Below are positions 1 through 9,063 of a DNA stretch of 64,000 nucleotides, piece after piece. Made by a program: the position numbers and the translations under genes. The notes beneath the pieces were generated by a model. That model did not search any database and was not told the DNA's origin. It saw nothing but the letters and a program-made list of their open reading frames with translations. How positions within the stretch are numbered: position 1 is the stretch's first letter; each line of letters begins with the position of its first letter. Origin of the DNA: a virus. Where the stretch lies: IMG/VR virus record IMGVR_UViG_3300036800_000031, positions 1 through 64,000 of that record; one strand, 5' to 3'.

Positions 1-115
1 GGATGCGCTCCACCTTGCTCATCGCCTCGATGTCCTTGACGGTGGTGGTGTTGGCGGCTGCCTTCACGGCCGGGGCCTTTTTGGCGGTGGTCTTCTTCGT
101 TGGTGCAACTGTCAT
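1..115 (-). CDS. hypothetical protein, Lys/Ala-rich N-terminus, runs off the left window edge
   Basis: ATG at 115 preceded by AAGGAG; reads MTVAPTKKTTAKKAPAVKAA... and stays open to the edge. Confidence 0.6.
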   Translation of the reverse strand, partial: MTVAPTKKTTAKKAPAVKAAANTTTVKDIEAMSKVERI

Positions 116-208
116 GTTGTGCTCCTTGTAGGTGCTCACCTTTCGGTGCCGTTGGTCACTTGCCATCGGGAAGGGCATCCGAGTTTCCCCGGCTGCCCTG
201 CTCGACGT

Positions 209-403
209 CTAGTTGTCCTCCTCCTCCTCGATGTCACCGATCTCCACGTCGGCGCTGTATTGACGGTCGCCGTCGAACTCCAGATAGGTGTTGTTCTCGA
301 CGTAGTTCCGGGCCTCATCCTCATTCGCCATGTCCAACACCGTGACGGCGTAGGTGATGGTGACTTCCACCGAGTAGTTCATGGTCTTCCGGGGAAGGCC
401 CAA
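209..403 (-). CDS. small acidic hypothetical protein
   Basis: 64-aa ORF co-directional with its neighbours; start uncertain. Confidence 0.55.
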   Translation of the reverse strand: MGLPRKTMNYSVEVTITYAVTVLDMANEDEARNYVENNTYLEFDGDRQYSADVEIGDIEEEEDN

Positions 404-505
404 CTCCTCCAGCCGTTGGTTCAGGCCGGAGTCGCACCAGCTCTACTGTTCCGGGCTATCCGGGACCGGCACCCGGTGAGGGGTGCCCGGCTCGGGCAGT
501 ACGGG

Positions 506-940
506 TCAAAGGGCTGCCAACTCGGCGTTCAGCCTTTCGGCTTTGGCCCTTAACGTCGCCGATTGAACTCGGGCGTTCGGTACCCAGTCCGGATGGTCCT
601 TGTAGAAGTTCAAGTCGCTTCCGGGGATGTGAGGTCCGTCACCCAACATTGAATCCATCCAGTCGGCAACCTTCGTTGCATCTCGGATGGCATTTTCCAG
701 CGGCTCTCTCAACGCTGCTTTGAAGCGGGCCAGCGGCTCTCCGTAGCCGTAATCCGGCATGGCCTGTTGGTCAGCCAACCTTTCAATCACTTTCACCGCC
801 TCGGCCAACAGCGTTGGGAAGTCCGCCCGAACCAGCGGACCCGGCGGGTCACCCGGCCCCCGGTCGGCACAATCGCCGCAGAGGGTGAGGTCGTTCTCCG
901 TCCTCACATCTTCTTCGCTACCGCATAGTTCACAACTCAT
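506..940 (-). CDS. hypothetical protein with N-terminal CxxC...CxxC zinc ribbon
   Basis: MSCELC...LCGDC; ATGA overlap with the upstream stop at 937-940. Confidence 0.6.
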   Translation of the reverse strand: MSCELCGSEEDVRTENDLTLCGDCADRGPGDPPGPLVRADFPTLLAEAVKVIERLADQQAMPDYGYGEPLARFKAALREPLENAIRDATKVADWMDSMLGDGPHIPGSDLNFYKDHPDWVPNARVQSATLRAKAERLNAELAAL

Positions 941-1392
941 CCGTTGGCCTCCAGCCACTCGTTGGTTTCGGCGTAGGTCCATCCCAGCGAACACCGGAAG
1001 ACCTCAGCGGCGATCCCAAACTTGATCACGTTCCGCCGTGCCCCGATCACTTCGACCGAAACGTAGGACTGGGTTACTTCACTGGCGATTGACTCCTCAT
1101 CTATCCCGGAGTCGAGGGCGGCTTCCGCTACCCAATGTTCGGCTTCGGTGATGGCCTTTGTCACGGCCGTCGGTGAAGCTCGATGTGCCAACCGTTCTAG
1201 CGCGTCAACTCCTTGTGCTTTCCGGGTGGCGGTGGCGAGGTCGCGGCGGGCCTTCTTGGTGGCCTTGGCCGCTTCTTCACCGCGGGTTTTCCAACTGGGA
1301 TCAGCCCGGAGAGCGTGAATCCGCTCTCGCCTTTCTTCCTGATCCGTGGGGAAAAAGTAAGTCGTCATGTTTTCCTCCTTCACCTGTCTCAT
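937..1392 (-). CDS. hypothetical protein
   Basis: 151-aa ORF; AAGGAGG before the alternative ATG at 1368. Confidence 0.6.
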   Translation of the reverse strand: MRQVKEENMTTYFFPTDQEERRERIHALRADPSWKTRGEEAAKATKKARRDLATATRKAQGVDALERLAHRASPTAVTKAITEAEHWVAEAALDSGIDEESIASEVTQSYVSVEVIGARRNVIKFGIAAEVFRCSLGWTYAETNEWLEANG

Positions 1393-1612
1393 CAGTACCG
1401 GGTGGTGAACCCCGGCAGACGCCTCGCGGCGTTATCGACTTTTGTTCGTTGACCAAGTGAACCGTTCTTGTCATTGACGGATCTCCCCCGACCCTTCCGT
1501 CCTTGCGGAAAGGCGTCACTGGTTGGTTAGTGACTCACCGGCTACCGCCCCCGCCTCCCGCCGCCGTAATGGCTTGACGTTCACTGGCTCATGCGCTACC
1601 TACTGAGCACAA

Positions 1613-1626
1613 GTATAGGGGGCTAT
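1613..1626 (-). promoter_or_regulatory. intergenic motif ATAGCCCCCTATAC overlapping a -10-like TATACT
   Basis: 13/14 identical to the motif at 6425-6438; both lie upstream of minus-strand gene blocks. Confidence 0.35.
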
Positions 1627-1684
1627 GCGATACGGGGCGGAGAAAACTGCCCAACCTGCGTCGCCCCAACCAGCGAGTTTGAGA

Positions 1685-2491
1685 TTATTTCGAGATTGGT
1701 TTGCGCTGGGGCCGCAAAACGACATGAGAGCCGAGGGGCCAACCGGCCTTCGCCTTGAAGGCGATCAGGTCCGGGTACGTCGCTACCAGGTACTCAGCTT
1801 CCTTCAACTTCTGAGGGAGCCGGTCTTCAATCGAACCGTAGGCCCCGGACGTGTACCGCTTGCAATCCGGGAGTACCCATCGGTCCACCACGACGACGCC
1901 GTAGTGCTTGATGTTCAGCGCCGTCCAACAGAGGTCGTCAATCATCTGGACGTTGGTGTCGAAGCGGAGATCACCCTTCTTCACGATCCAGGCCCGGCCG
2001 TCGGCCAGGATGTTGAAGCCCCAATGGGACTTCCGGTACATCGGATTGTCGATCCCGCCCCATCCTCCAAGGTGAGCGCCGTACCGTTCGCACTTCAATC
2101 GGAGTTGGTCGGCCCGGTGGAGAAACCCCTTCATGGTGATTGGGTGCTTGAACCGCTCGGCGTAGCTCCGCTGGTTCGCGTTGGTCATGGGAAGGGGGTC
2201 AGGAGCCGTGTCATAGTTCCGTAGCTCCGTGACCCCCTTCAAGTCATCCACGAGGAACACGGCCCACTCGCCGTCTTCCATCATGTCCAGCGCAAAGTTC
2301 CGGTTGTTCGCTAGGCCCTTCGGCTGACCGGTGACCACGATGGAATCGGGACGTACCAGTCCGCCTTTGACGAACCCGTTGAACGCCTCCTCCGTGTGGC
2401 AGAGGACGGTGTGGTCGAGTCCCTCCGCCTCCAACATGGCCGACGTACTAATGGAGTCGTATCGGTCATAGGTGAAGACGAAGATCCTCAT
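1685..2491 (-). CDS. TET/JBP-associated glycosyltransferase (TAGT/GREB1-like, GT-A fold)
   Basis: RIFVFTYDR N-terminus, LANNRNFALD, acidic FLVDD motif, IDD..WT and SGAYG motifs; same operon as the TET/JBP-like oxygenase. Confidence 0.65.
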   Translation of the reverse strand: MRIFVFTYDRYDSISTSAMLEAEGLDHTVLCHTEEAFNGFVKGGLVRPDSIVVTGQPKGLANNRNFALDMMEDGEWAVFLVDDLKGVTELRNYDTAPDPLPMTNANQRSYAERFKHPITMKGFLHRADQLRLKCERYGAHLGGWGGIDNPMYRKSHWGFNILADGRAWIVKKGDLRFDTNVQMIDDLCWTALNIKHYGVVVVDRWVLPDCKRYTSGAYGSIEDRLPQKLKEAEYLVATYPDLIAFKAKAGWPLGSHVVLRPQRKPISK

Positions 2492-2497
2492 GGGCTG

Positions 2498-3205
2498 CTA
2501 GTGGCCGGTGCCGTGGCTGCCGATGGTGGACCCTCCAACCGACCCTCCGGAACCGCCGGGCTTGGCCGCTTCCCGTTGGGACTCGTCATACTCGGGAGCG
2601 AGTCCGGTCGTTCGGGTCTGTCCGATCACCGACGACATCCCGGCGTAAGCCGCTTCAACTCCACCGCTGTCGGCGGCAAAGTTAATCGAAGACATCCGGG
2701 CAATGCCCATGTCCCGAGCCACCGTGATCGCGTCCTGGTTGGCCCCGAGGTAGGTGAAGTGCCACCCCTCCGCCGTCTTGGTTTCGATCAGCGCCTTCAC
2801 CTTGCCGATGTCCCATTCACGGGATGAGTTTTCCTCACCATCCGTGATGATGGCGACGATGACTTCGGAGGGCTTGTAGGCCGTGGCCTGCTGGGCTTCT
2901 CCCACTGCGACGACGGTACGCCCGATGGCGTCCAGGAGGGCCGTACCTCCACGGGGGATCAACTCGTAGCTGTCGATGCTTTCGATGTTCAAGACGTTCG
3001 CCAGTAGCTCGTACTCGGTGTCGAACTGCACCATCGTGACAAAGCACTTTCCGGGCAGCTTGGCCTGGTCCTCGAACAGCCGCTTGATGCCGCCTTCCAT
3101 GTCCTGCTTAATCGGCATCATGGAGCCGGAGCGGTCAACGATGAGGACGAGCCAGGTTCCGGCGGTCCTCCCGAGGCCTTTGGCGGGCTTCAGTTTCAGG
3201 GTCAT
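2498..3205 (-). CDS. von Willebrand factor A (vWA) domain protein
   Basis: MIDAS motifs DRSGSM, GGTALLDAI and ITDGEENSS. Confidence 0.85.
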   Translation of the reverse strand: MTLKLKPAKGLGRTAGTWLVLIVDRSGSMMPIKQDMEGGIKRLFEDQAKLPGKCFVTMVQFDTEYELLANVLNIESIDSYELIPRGGTALLDAIGRTVVAVGEAQQATAYKPSEVIVAIITDGEENSSREWDIGKVKALIETKTAEGWHFTYLGANQDAITVARDMGIARMSSINFAADSGGVEAAYAGMSSVIGQTRTTGLAPEYDESQREAAKPGGSGGSVGGSTIGSHGTGH

Positions 3206-3426
3206 GGTGTTCCTTTCGGTTGGTTTTTTCGGGCAAGACAGCGTTCATTTTTGTCCGTCCCGTAGAAGACGAGGAGTTTCTTCTTCTCCCGGCCTTCGGG
3301 GGCGAACCGGCCGTGGCCGTCGTCCGCCGGTATGTCGGTCTCACGCTCTTCCCGGGTAGCCCCGCAGAAACAGCAAGTGCTGTCGATGTCCGGAGGAGTG
3401 CCCACGTCATGCCAGCAGTGGTTCAC
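3202..3426 (-). CDS. small Cys/His-rich hypothetical protein
   Basis: HCWH...CCFCG...HG; 4-nt overlaps with both neighbours. Confidence 0.5.
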   Translation of the reverse strand: MNHCWHDVGTPPDIDSTCCFCGATREERETDIPADDGHGRFAPEGREKKKLLVFYGTDKNERCLARKNQPKGTP

Positions 3427-4235
3427 TTCGTGGCCTTCACCGCTGCCCGTTGGGCTTCGTCCGCCGCCGCTCCACACTGCATGAGTCCCCGCTTCGCATA
3501 CCAAACGAGGGTAAACCGGTGCCCACCTTCCCGGTGGGCGAAGGGCGTCACCCCGTGCCAGGTGGCCTGGCCGTTGAAGATCGTCACGCTGGCGTGGGGG
3601 ATGTCGAGTGTGATGCCGTACTCGGGGAGGTGGAGGTGCCCGCCGTCCACCCCTTTGCGGATCGCCAACATGGCGCTCCAGGTGTCTTTCACGTTCCCGG
3701 CGTCCCGGTGGTAGGGGAGGATCGACCGGTTGTTGATGATCCCCCCGGTCCAGGGGCTTCCGGCGAAGTGCCAGTCCTGGTGGATGTTCCCGTCTACCAG
3801 TAGCTCGTGCTCGGCGGCTTGGAAGGGAGAGACTCGCTCAAACAGTTCCCAAAGGGCGGGGGTCACCGCTTCCAGGTAGCCGGTCATGGCCGGGTGCTGA
3901 CGGTGGATAGCGGCCGCGCTGGCCCCGTACCGGCGGCGGAGGGGCTTTGGCTCGGTGAACCCGAACACTCGGCTCACGGTCCGGATGCCGGAGAGTCGGC
4001 TTTGGCTGCTCGATCCGATCCCGTCGTCCCAGTCCATACGCAGCCGGAGGTACCGGCCCATGTCGCCCAGGAGTTCGTCCATGCCTTCCAGCCGTACCGA
4101 CGCCCCAAGGACTTGATCGGTGTAGGCATCCACCAAGATGACGTCCCCTTCGATCAGTTCGTCCGGGGCCGGGGCGAACGTCTTAGGAGCGGGCTTCTCG
4201 TAGTCCTCAATCCTTTTGATCGGTAGCCGGAGCAC
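3423..4235 (-). CDS. TET/JBP-family 2-oxoglutarate/Fe(II) 5-methylpyrimidine dioxygenase
   Basis: HxD (YHRDAGN), GGHLHLPEYG, distal His (WHGVTP) and 2OG-binding Arg (RFTLVWY). Confidence 0.8.
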   Translation of the reverse strand: MLRLPIKRIEDYEKPAPKTFAPAPDELIEGDVILVDAYTDQVLGASVRLEGMDELLGDMGRYLRLRMDWDDGIGSSSQSRLSGIRTVSRVFGFTEPKPLRRRYGASAAAIHRQHPAMTGYLEAVTPALWELFERVSPFQAAEHELLVDGNIHQDWHFAGSPWTGGIINNRSILPYHRDAGNVKDTWSAMLAIRKGVDGGHLHLPEYGITLDIPHASVTIFNGQATWHGVTPFAHREGGHRFTLVWYAKRGLMQCGAAADEAQRAAVKATK

Positions 4236-4872
4236 AGACTTCCTCCAATAAGCAGTAGATGGCTTCGCTGTTGGTGGTGCGCCCGTACTTCACCCGGACC
4301 AGTTCCAACCACCGGACCACCTTCTCATGGTCCTTCTCCGGGTAGGGCAGCACGACCGACCGAATCCCCGCCGCCTCGTACAACTCGGACCGCTCCCCGG
4401 CGCTGGTACCGGTAATCGGGATCTTCTCCAGCTGGAACAGCAAGTCCTTGATGTCGTCGTCGGAGTAGCTCGATGCGCTGAGCAGCCCTTCGTCTTCCTC
4501 GATCTGCCGGAGCATCGCCAGGAGAGCTTCGTCGTCGTAGGTGCCGAGGTCGCCGGTCCGGTTGTCAGCCAAGGCCCAAGCCGCTTGGGTGGCCGGGTCG
4601 TGGTCGGTCTTCACCACCGCCAACCGTTCCCAGCCGAGTTCCGTCGCGGCTAGGAGTTGGTGGTTACCGGCCGACACCGTGCCCCTCTCTCCGGCTTCAT
4701 CGAACTGAGCGGTTACCGGCTTCAACTGACCGAACCGGGTGTAGCTCCGCTTGATGGCTTCGACGTCACCCCGGCGCGGGTTGCCGGGCAGCCCGTCCAA
4801 GGTGTCAATCGGCACCGCCAACGGCCACAAATCCTTTGCGATCTGTGTCTTCCATTTGACCAGCACCATCAC
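4207..4872 (-). CDS. ParB/Srx-like N-terminal domain protein
   Basis: NPRRGDVEAIKRSY..FGQLKP...AGNHQLLAA...LADNRT pattern of ParB-N proteins found with DNA-modification enzymes. Confidence 0.8.
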   Translation of the reverse strand: MMVLVKWKTQIAKDLWPLAVPIDTLDGLPGNPRRGDVEAIKRSYTRFGQLKPVTAQFDEAGERGTVSAGNHQLLAATELGWERLAVVKTDHDPATQAAWALADNRTGDLGTYDDEALLAMLRQIEEDEGLLSASSYSDDDIKDLLFQLEKIPITGTSAGERSELYEAAGIRSVVLPYPEKDHEKVVRWLELVRVKYGRTTNSEAIYCLLEEVCAPATDQKD

Positions 4873-5213
4873 TTACTCCCAGGTTTCTCGATCAGTCCCA
4901 ACATGCGCCTTCCGGAGAAGGTGATTCGACATACTTGCTGCTCGGCCCCGGCGGAGGAAGTCCTCGTTGCCCCGGTGGGGCGGATCATCCCGAGGTTCCG
5001 TAGCTCGCTACAGCGTTTCCATGCCCCCGAGTAGACCTTGATCTCATCGGCGGCTTCTTCATCGGTCAGCCCCTCAGCTTCGCCGTAAGCGATCAGGAGC
5101 CGGTGACGCAGACTTCCCCGCCGGTACGGTTTCGCCGCCGCAGCGTGGCTTGTAGCGGGGTCTGTGGACCGGGCACCGGCCGGGAGGTCGAAGAAGCCGG
5201 GCTGGTCGGTCAC
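4869..5213 (-). CDS. putative winged-helix DNA-binding protein
   Basis: ARSTDPATSHAAA...GLTDEE...WKRCSELRNLGMI...TR pattern; GTGA overlap with the upstream gene. Confidence 0.55.
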   Translation of the reverse strand: MTDQPGFFDLPAGARSTDPATSHAAAAKPYRRGSLRHRLLIAYGEAEGLTDEEAADEIKVYSGAWKRCSELRNLGMIRPTGATRTSSAGAEQQVCRITFSGRRMLGLIEKPGSK

Positions 5214-5761
5214 TTCTTCGGGGCTTCCGGGTTCAGGGCCGCTTCCAACTCGGCCAACCGGGTCGAGGGAACCAACTGGCTCACGGTGGGGATCGTGGAC
5301 AAGAACGCCTTGGCATCTTCGCTTTCCAGCGCCCCGAGGGCCAGTTCCCGAAGGAGGTCCGCCTCTTGCCGCTGGATATGGGTGAGGGCGTGCTTCACCG
5401 TCTCGGCGATGTCGGCCCGGGTTTGCATTTCCAGCCGGTCCTTGTCCGTCCCGCCGCCGGAGTATTTGTTGCCCCAAAGCATGGGCTGTTCAACCCACAT
5501 GCGTTCGGTGGTTCCTCGGACTTCGAATCCTTGCTCCCGCAGCGTGTCGTTGATCTTCCGGTTGCATTCCAGAACATGCTGATTGACCATGAACTCGGTC
5601 TCTCCCCGGATTCGGTCTTCTTCGGTCTCCCGTTCCGTGAGCAGCCGCCGGGCGTCGGCGATCAGTTCCGCTTCCCGCTGGGTGACTTCACTCCGGAGCA
5701 CCTTGAACTGGTTTCTCACGACCGACTTCAACTCCGCCCGTTCTCCCTTGGTCATGGTCAT
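5210..5761 (-). CDS. hypothetical helical protein
   Basis: 183-aa ORF overlapping both neighbours. Confidence 0.65.
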   Translation of the reverse strand: MTMTKGERAELKSVVRNQFKVLRSEVTQREAELIADARRLLTERETEEDRIRGETEFMVNQHVLECNRKINDTLREQGFEVRGTTERMWVEQPMLWGNKYSGGGTDKDRLEMQTRADIAETVKHALTHIQRQEADLLRELALGALESEDAKAFLSTIPTVSQLVPSTRLAELEAALNPEAPKK

Positions 5762-5985
5762 GGGAGTTCCTTCCTCCGCTTGCCCATCGTGAGCTTCACC
5801 GCCGCTACCGTCACCTTCGACGCCTTGGCAATCTCGGTCAGCGAGGCTCCGGCTTCCTGGGCTTTGAAGTAGAGGGCGTCACGCTTCCGGTACAGCTTGC
5901 GTGATTCCTTGGTGACCAGGTTGAGTTGGCCGGTGACTTCGGCCATCTGCCTGAGTAGGCGGTCCTTGGGCTTCTCCGCCATCAA
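5758..5985 (-). CDS. small HTH protein
   Basis: GASLTEIAKASKVTVAAV helix-turn-helix. Confidence 0.6.
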   Translation of the reverse strand: MMAEKPKDRLLRQMAEVTGQLNLVTKESRKLYRKRDALYFKAQEAGASLTEIAKASKVTVAAVKLTMGKRRKELP

Positions 5986-6398
5986 CCTTCCTCAGCCGCC
6001 GGTTCTCCGTCCCGGCCGAACAGGTGGGAGATGCCTTGGGCCTTCTCGGCTTCCTCGTGCAGTTGAGCGAGCCGGTCGGACTGGTCCTGCAACGCGTCCA
6101 CCGCCCACTGCGAGTCCACCATCGTCGCATCGGTGCAGCGGAAGATGGGGACGTACTTCAATGCCCCCTCGTCGCCCTTCACCGGCTGGTAGCGGACCTT
6201 GGTGCAGTCGGCCCGGAGAAGGAAGAACCGGGTGTCACCGATGGTGACCTTGGCGACTTCGCCAATCATGGCGGGGTCGATGTCCAGCGGGTCTTGCAAT
6301 CCGCCGGAAGCGTTGGTGATCTCAACTCCGACGGTCTTGATGGCTTGGCCCTGAAAGGAGGGCAGACCGAGGGGATTTTCTTTCGTCTGACGTGGCAT
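5982..6398 (-). CDS. hypothetical protein
   Basis: 138-aa ORF with AGGAG RBS. Confidence 0.65.
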   Translation of the reverse strand: MPRQTKENPLGLPSFQGQAIKTVGVEITNASGGLQDPLDIDPAMIGEVAKVTIGDTRFFLLRADCTKVRYQPVKGDEGALKYVPIFRCTDATMVDSQWAVDALQDQSDRLAQLHEEAEKAQGISHLFGRDGEPAAEEG

Positions 6399-6424
6399 TG
6401 AGCTACTCCTGGATAGGTGAATGG

Positions 6425-6438
6425 GTATAGGGGACTAT
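6425..6438 (-). promoter_or_regulatory. second copy of the intergenic motif, ATAGTCCCCTATAC
   Basis: 13/14 match to 1613-1626. Confidence 0.35.
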
Positions 6439-6451
6439 CGGCTAGGTCACT

Positions 6452-6928
6452 CTACCGCACCCGAGTTGCGGCTTTGCGGATTTGGCTGAGCTCTTTTTCT
6501 TCCTCCCCGCTGACCTCCAGAGAAATCGTCGCTCCCGGCCTTTGATTCCCTTTGACGTAGAGCTTCGTGGCGCTCACCCGCCATATCCGGCTGTCGTTCA
6601 CGATCAGCCCTGAGTCGGTAAGGGCGTCGAAGGTGGACCGGAGCAACTTGTCAATGTCGGGGGTAGTGGTCATCCGGGTACGGAAGGGTTCCGAGGGTAC
6701 CGGGGGGAACCGGAAGGTGATCCAGACCGCTATCGGTTCATCCAGGGGGGCTACCGGGTAGACGGCGAGATGATCCATTGCCGCCGCTGTCACTGCCTTC
6801 CGCCAAACCTTCGTGGCCTTCCGGCCTTCCTTGGAAGTACCTGGCACCAAGACGGCCCGATTGCCGATCAGCATGGCGGTGGCCGATCCTTGCGGAGCCG
6901 GTAGCCCGATGACTTCCAACTCGATCAT
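6452..6928 (-). CDS. rusA: RusA-family Holliday junction resolvase
   Basis: GLPAPQGS N-terminus and PDIDKLLRSTFDALTDSGLIVNDSRI catalytic motif. Confidence 0.9.
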   Translation of the reverse strand: MIELEVIGLPAPQGSATAMLIGNRAVLVPGTSKEGRKATKVWRKAVTAAAMDHLAVYPVAPLDEPIAVWITFRFPPVPSEPFRTRMTTTPDIDKLLRSTFDALTDSGLIVNDSRIWRVSATKLYVKGNQRPGATISLEVSGEEEKELSQIRKAATRVR

Positions 6929-7230
6929 GGCTCTTGCTCAATGGTGAGAATCCGTCGCCTGTCCTCCTGGATGAGGGCTTTACGTTTGGCCTCCCGTTTC
7001 GTGACAGGCAAAGTCGAACGACGGCGAGGAAGGCTCTTATTGGGAGGGGGGGGGATCGTGTCCGAACTTTTCGATGGGCGCGTCTGGATGCGCTCGCACT
7101 TCCGACAGTCTCTCCTCTCGGTAGCGTCTAGAACGCCTGCTCGCCGCCAGGGTGTCCATTGGTGTTTGCACTTCTGCCCGACCCGGACCACTCTCGCCGG
7201 TGTCCCCATCGAACCTTTAGGGTGGCTCAC
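6925..7230 (-). CDS. hypothetical protein (CxHxW...CxxC)
   Basis: GTGA-coupled ORF; zinc-ribbon-like residues. Confidence 0.5.
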   Translation of the reverse strand: MSHPKGSMGTPARVVRVGQKCKHQWTPWRRAGVLDATERRDCRKCERIQTRPSKSSDTIPPPPNKSLPRRRSTLPVTKREAKRKALIQEDRRRILTIEQEP

Positions 7231-7643
7231 TGTTTCAGCCACGGCATGAGGTCCCACCTCACCGGGGTCTTCGCCGGGTCTTCGCCCATCACCAGGAGCA
7301 GCTTCAGTTCCTTGGCCCGGTCCCGATGGCTTTCGATCCACCCGTGGCACCCGGTAGTTCCACTGCCGCAAAGATGGACAAGATTCTCCGGGGTGTCGGC
7401 GGCCTTGGTGCCCCCCATGCCCCTTGGATCGCGGTGGTGGTAGTTAGTGGCCCGACCTTCGCATACGGTCGGCAGGCGGGCCTCACAGACGCCTTGGGAG
7501 CGCATAGCCACAACGATGCGGGCGTCCCGGTTCTGCGCCACCTTCTGCCGGGTTTGGCGCTTCGGCTTTCGTTGGTACTCGCCGCCCTTCAATGCTCCTC
7601 CTGACTTCAGCGGCGTTTTGCGCTTCAGTTCGCTTCGCTTCAC
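7227..7643 (-). CDS. HNH endonuclease
   Basis: CE..C...HHRDPRGMGG...NLVHLCGSGTTGCHGWIE. Confidence 0.85.
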   Translation of the reverse strand: MKRSELKRKTPLKSGGALKGGEYQRKPKRQTRQKVAQNRDARIVVAMRSQGVCEARLPTVCEGRATNYHHRDPRGMGGTKAADTPENLVHLCGSGTTGCHGWIESHRDRAKELKLLLVMGEDPAKTPVRWDLMPWLKQ

Positions 7644-7846
7644 TTGGCCCTGCCGTGGTGCCAGAACTTGCACCGGGGGCAGCGGTAGACCATCTGATCG
7701 GTCCACCCGTTGTCGTCTATCTTTTTCTGCGCACTCTCCGCCGAGAAGAAGCTCACCTTCGGCAACCCTCCGGGTCCGTAGTGCTCACTGCCCCTCATCC
7801 TCCGCTTCCGAGACATACGGGCCGGATCCGGCTTCCGACCTACCAC
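7640..7846 (-). CDS. small zinc-finger protein
   Basis: YRCPRCKFWHHG. Confidence 0.5.
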   Translation of the reverse strand: MVGRKPDPARMSRKRRMRGSEHYGPGGLPKVSFFSAESAQKKIDDNGWTDQMVYRCPRCKFWHHGRAK

Positions 7847-8007
7847 CGGCCACCCCGCTTCGCCTTCCACGCCATCTTGATCTTGCGCGGATAGTTGAAG
7901 TACCAGCCCGGCTTCGGCTCGGTGATGATGACCGCCTCATCACCGGTCTCTAGGTTCCAGGCTTGGAGGGCAACGGTCCCCCGGAACACCGCGTGGATCA
8001 CTCTCAT
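7840..8007 (-). CDS. small hypothetical protein
   Basis: ATGA-coupled ORF filling the gap between neighbours. Confidence 0.45.
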   Translation of the reverse strand: MRVIHAVFRGTVALQAWNLETGDEAVIITEPKPGWYFNYPRKIKMAWKAKRGGRW

Positions 8008-8432
8008 GGTTGGTAAGCCTCGATCTCCCGGTCGCATTCTTCGCACCCGCTGGAATCCTCGTCGGAGTTGCATCCCCAACATGATCCGTGTTCACAGCGG
8101 GTAAGCCGGGCGGTCAAGCCCTTGAACGGTGGAACCCCGTCCCCCCGTTGCATCGTGACCCACTCGGAGAAGTCCTTGTCCTGGACGGCCAGCTTCTTCG
8201 CCTCGGCGGCGTTGTGAACGAAATACATCCCCCAAGCTACCGATGGCTCCGGAGGTTCCCCGTAGCTGAACGACGTCATCACTTCCGAGAACACTTCGTA
8301 GTGAAACCGCCGGGCCGGAATCGTTCCCTCTGCGTTGCAGGCGGAGCAGGAGAAGTTGGCATCCGGTACCTCCCCAGCCCCGTTGCACTCCGGGCAGTAG
8401 TCCCAATCGGCACAGGGAACCGGTCGCTTCAT
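8004..8432 (-). CDS. Cys-rich hypothetical protein (DnaJ-type CxxCxGxG repeats)
   Basis: CPECNGAG...CSACNAEG plus C-terminal CxxC pairs. Confidence 0.6.
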   Translation of the reverse strand: MKRPVPCADWDYCPECNGAGEVPDANFSCSACNAEGTIPARRFHYEVFSEVMTSFSYGEPPEPSVAWGMYFVHNAAEAKKLAVQDKDFSEWVTMQRGDGVPPFKGLTARLTRCEHGSCWGCNSDEDSSGCEECDREIEAYQP

Positions 8433-8764
8433 TGTCGCCTCAGCAATCCACTAGGGGGGAACTTCGGCCCGTCGGGGTCTTGGCAGTTCCCGTTGGCGCA
8501 TTCAATCGCGCCCGCGGTGGTTTGGTTATTGAAGCATGACCAGCAACTCAGCGGCCCGTAAGCCAACCGGCAAGCCGCCCACCAAACCGCAATCGGAACG
8601 TGAACAAAGGTGACCCTGAAACACGGTCCCGGGTCACCGTCGTATTGCGGGTCGTAGGTGAGAGGGACGTTCGGCCACCCGGCTTCACACAGCGCCATAT
8701 CCAACCGTCGCCGCATCGCTTCGATCTCCTCCGGGGAGAAGGTCAGTGTTTGTGACAGAGACAT
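8429..8764 (-). CDS. hypothetical Cys-containing protein, paralog of 9766-10092
   Basis: shared EAG(W/Y)P.V, AVWWAAC..AY, CW.C and GNC..P.GP motifs. Confidence 0.65.
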   Translation of the reverse strand: MSLSQTLTFSPEEIEAMRRRLDMALCEAGWPNVPLTYDPQYDGDPGPCFRVTFVHVPIAVWWAACRLAYGPLSCWSCFNNQTTAGAIECANGNCQDPDGPKFPPSGLLRRQ

Positions 8765-9063
8765 TCGCACTCCTCTCGCCAACCGGCCCCGAACTCGTCG
8801 TCGTAGATGCCCCAACAAGGGCAGTGACTTTCGTCCTCCAACAACATCTGGTGAACGACGGTCCCGCAACTTCCGCACTCCACAGTCAGAGCCGAGGTCA
8901 CCATGTCGAAGATGTCCGAGAAGTACCGGATGATGTTCGACAACTCCTCCGTCGCCGTTGCCCGCTCCTCCGGGGTGAGAGAGTCGAAGGCAGCTTCGGG
9001 GGTGAACCCGGCCGAGAGTTTCTGCCGGAGCCGGTTGCTCACCGGGTAGTCGGGGAGGTTCAT
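8743..9063 (-). CDS. hypothetical protein
   Basis: ATGA-coupled ORF with C-terminal Cys clusters. Confidence 0.5.
   Translation of the reverse strand: MNLPDYPVSNRLRQKLSAGFTPEAAFDSLTPEERATATEELSNIIRYFSDIFDMVTSALTVECGSCGTVVHQMLLEDESHCPCWGIYDDEFGAGWREECECLCHKH

Noticed and set aside
2498-3205. Ro60/TROVE partner for the Y-like RNA
   Set aside because: Stand-alone 235-aa vWA protein lacking the large TROVE domain.
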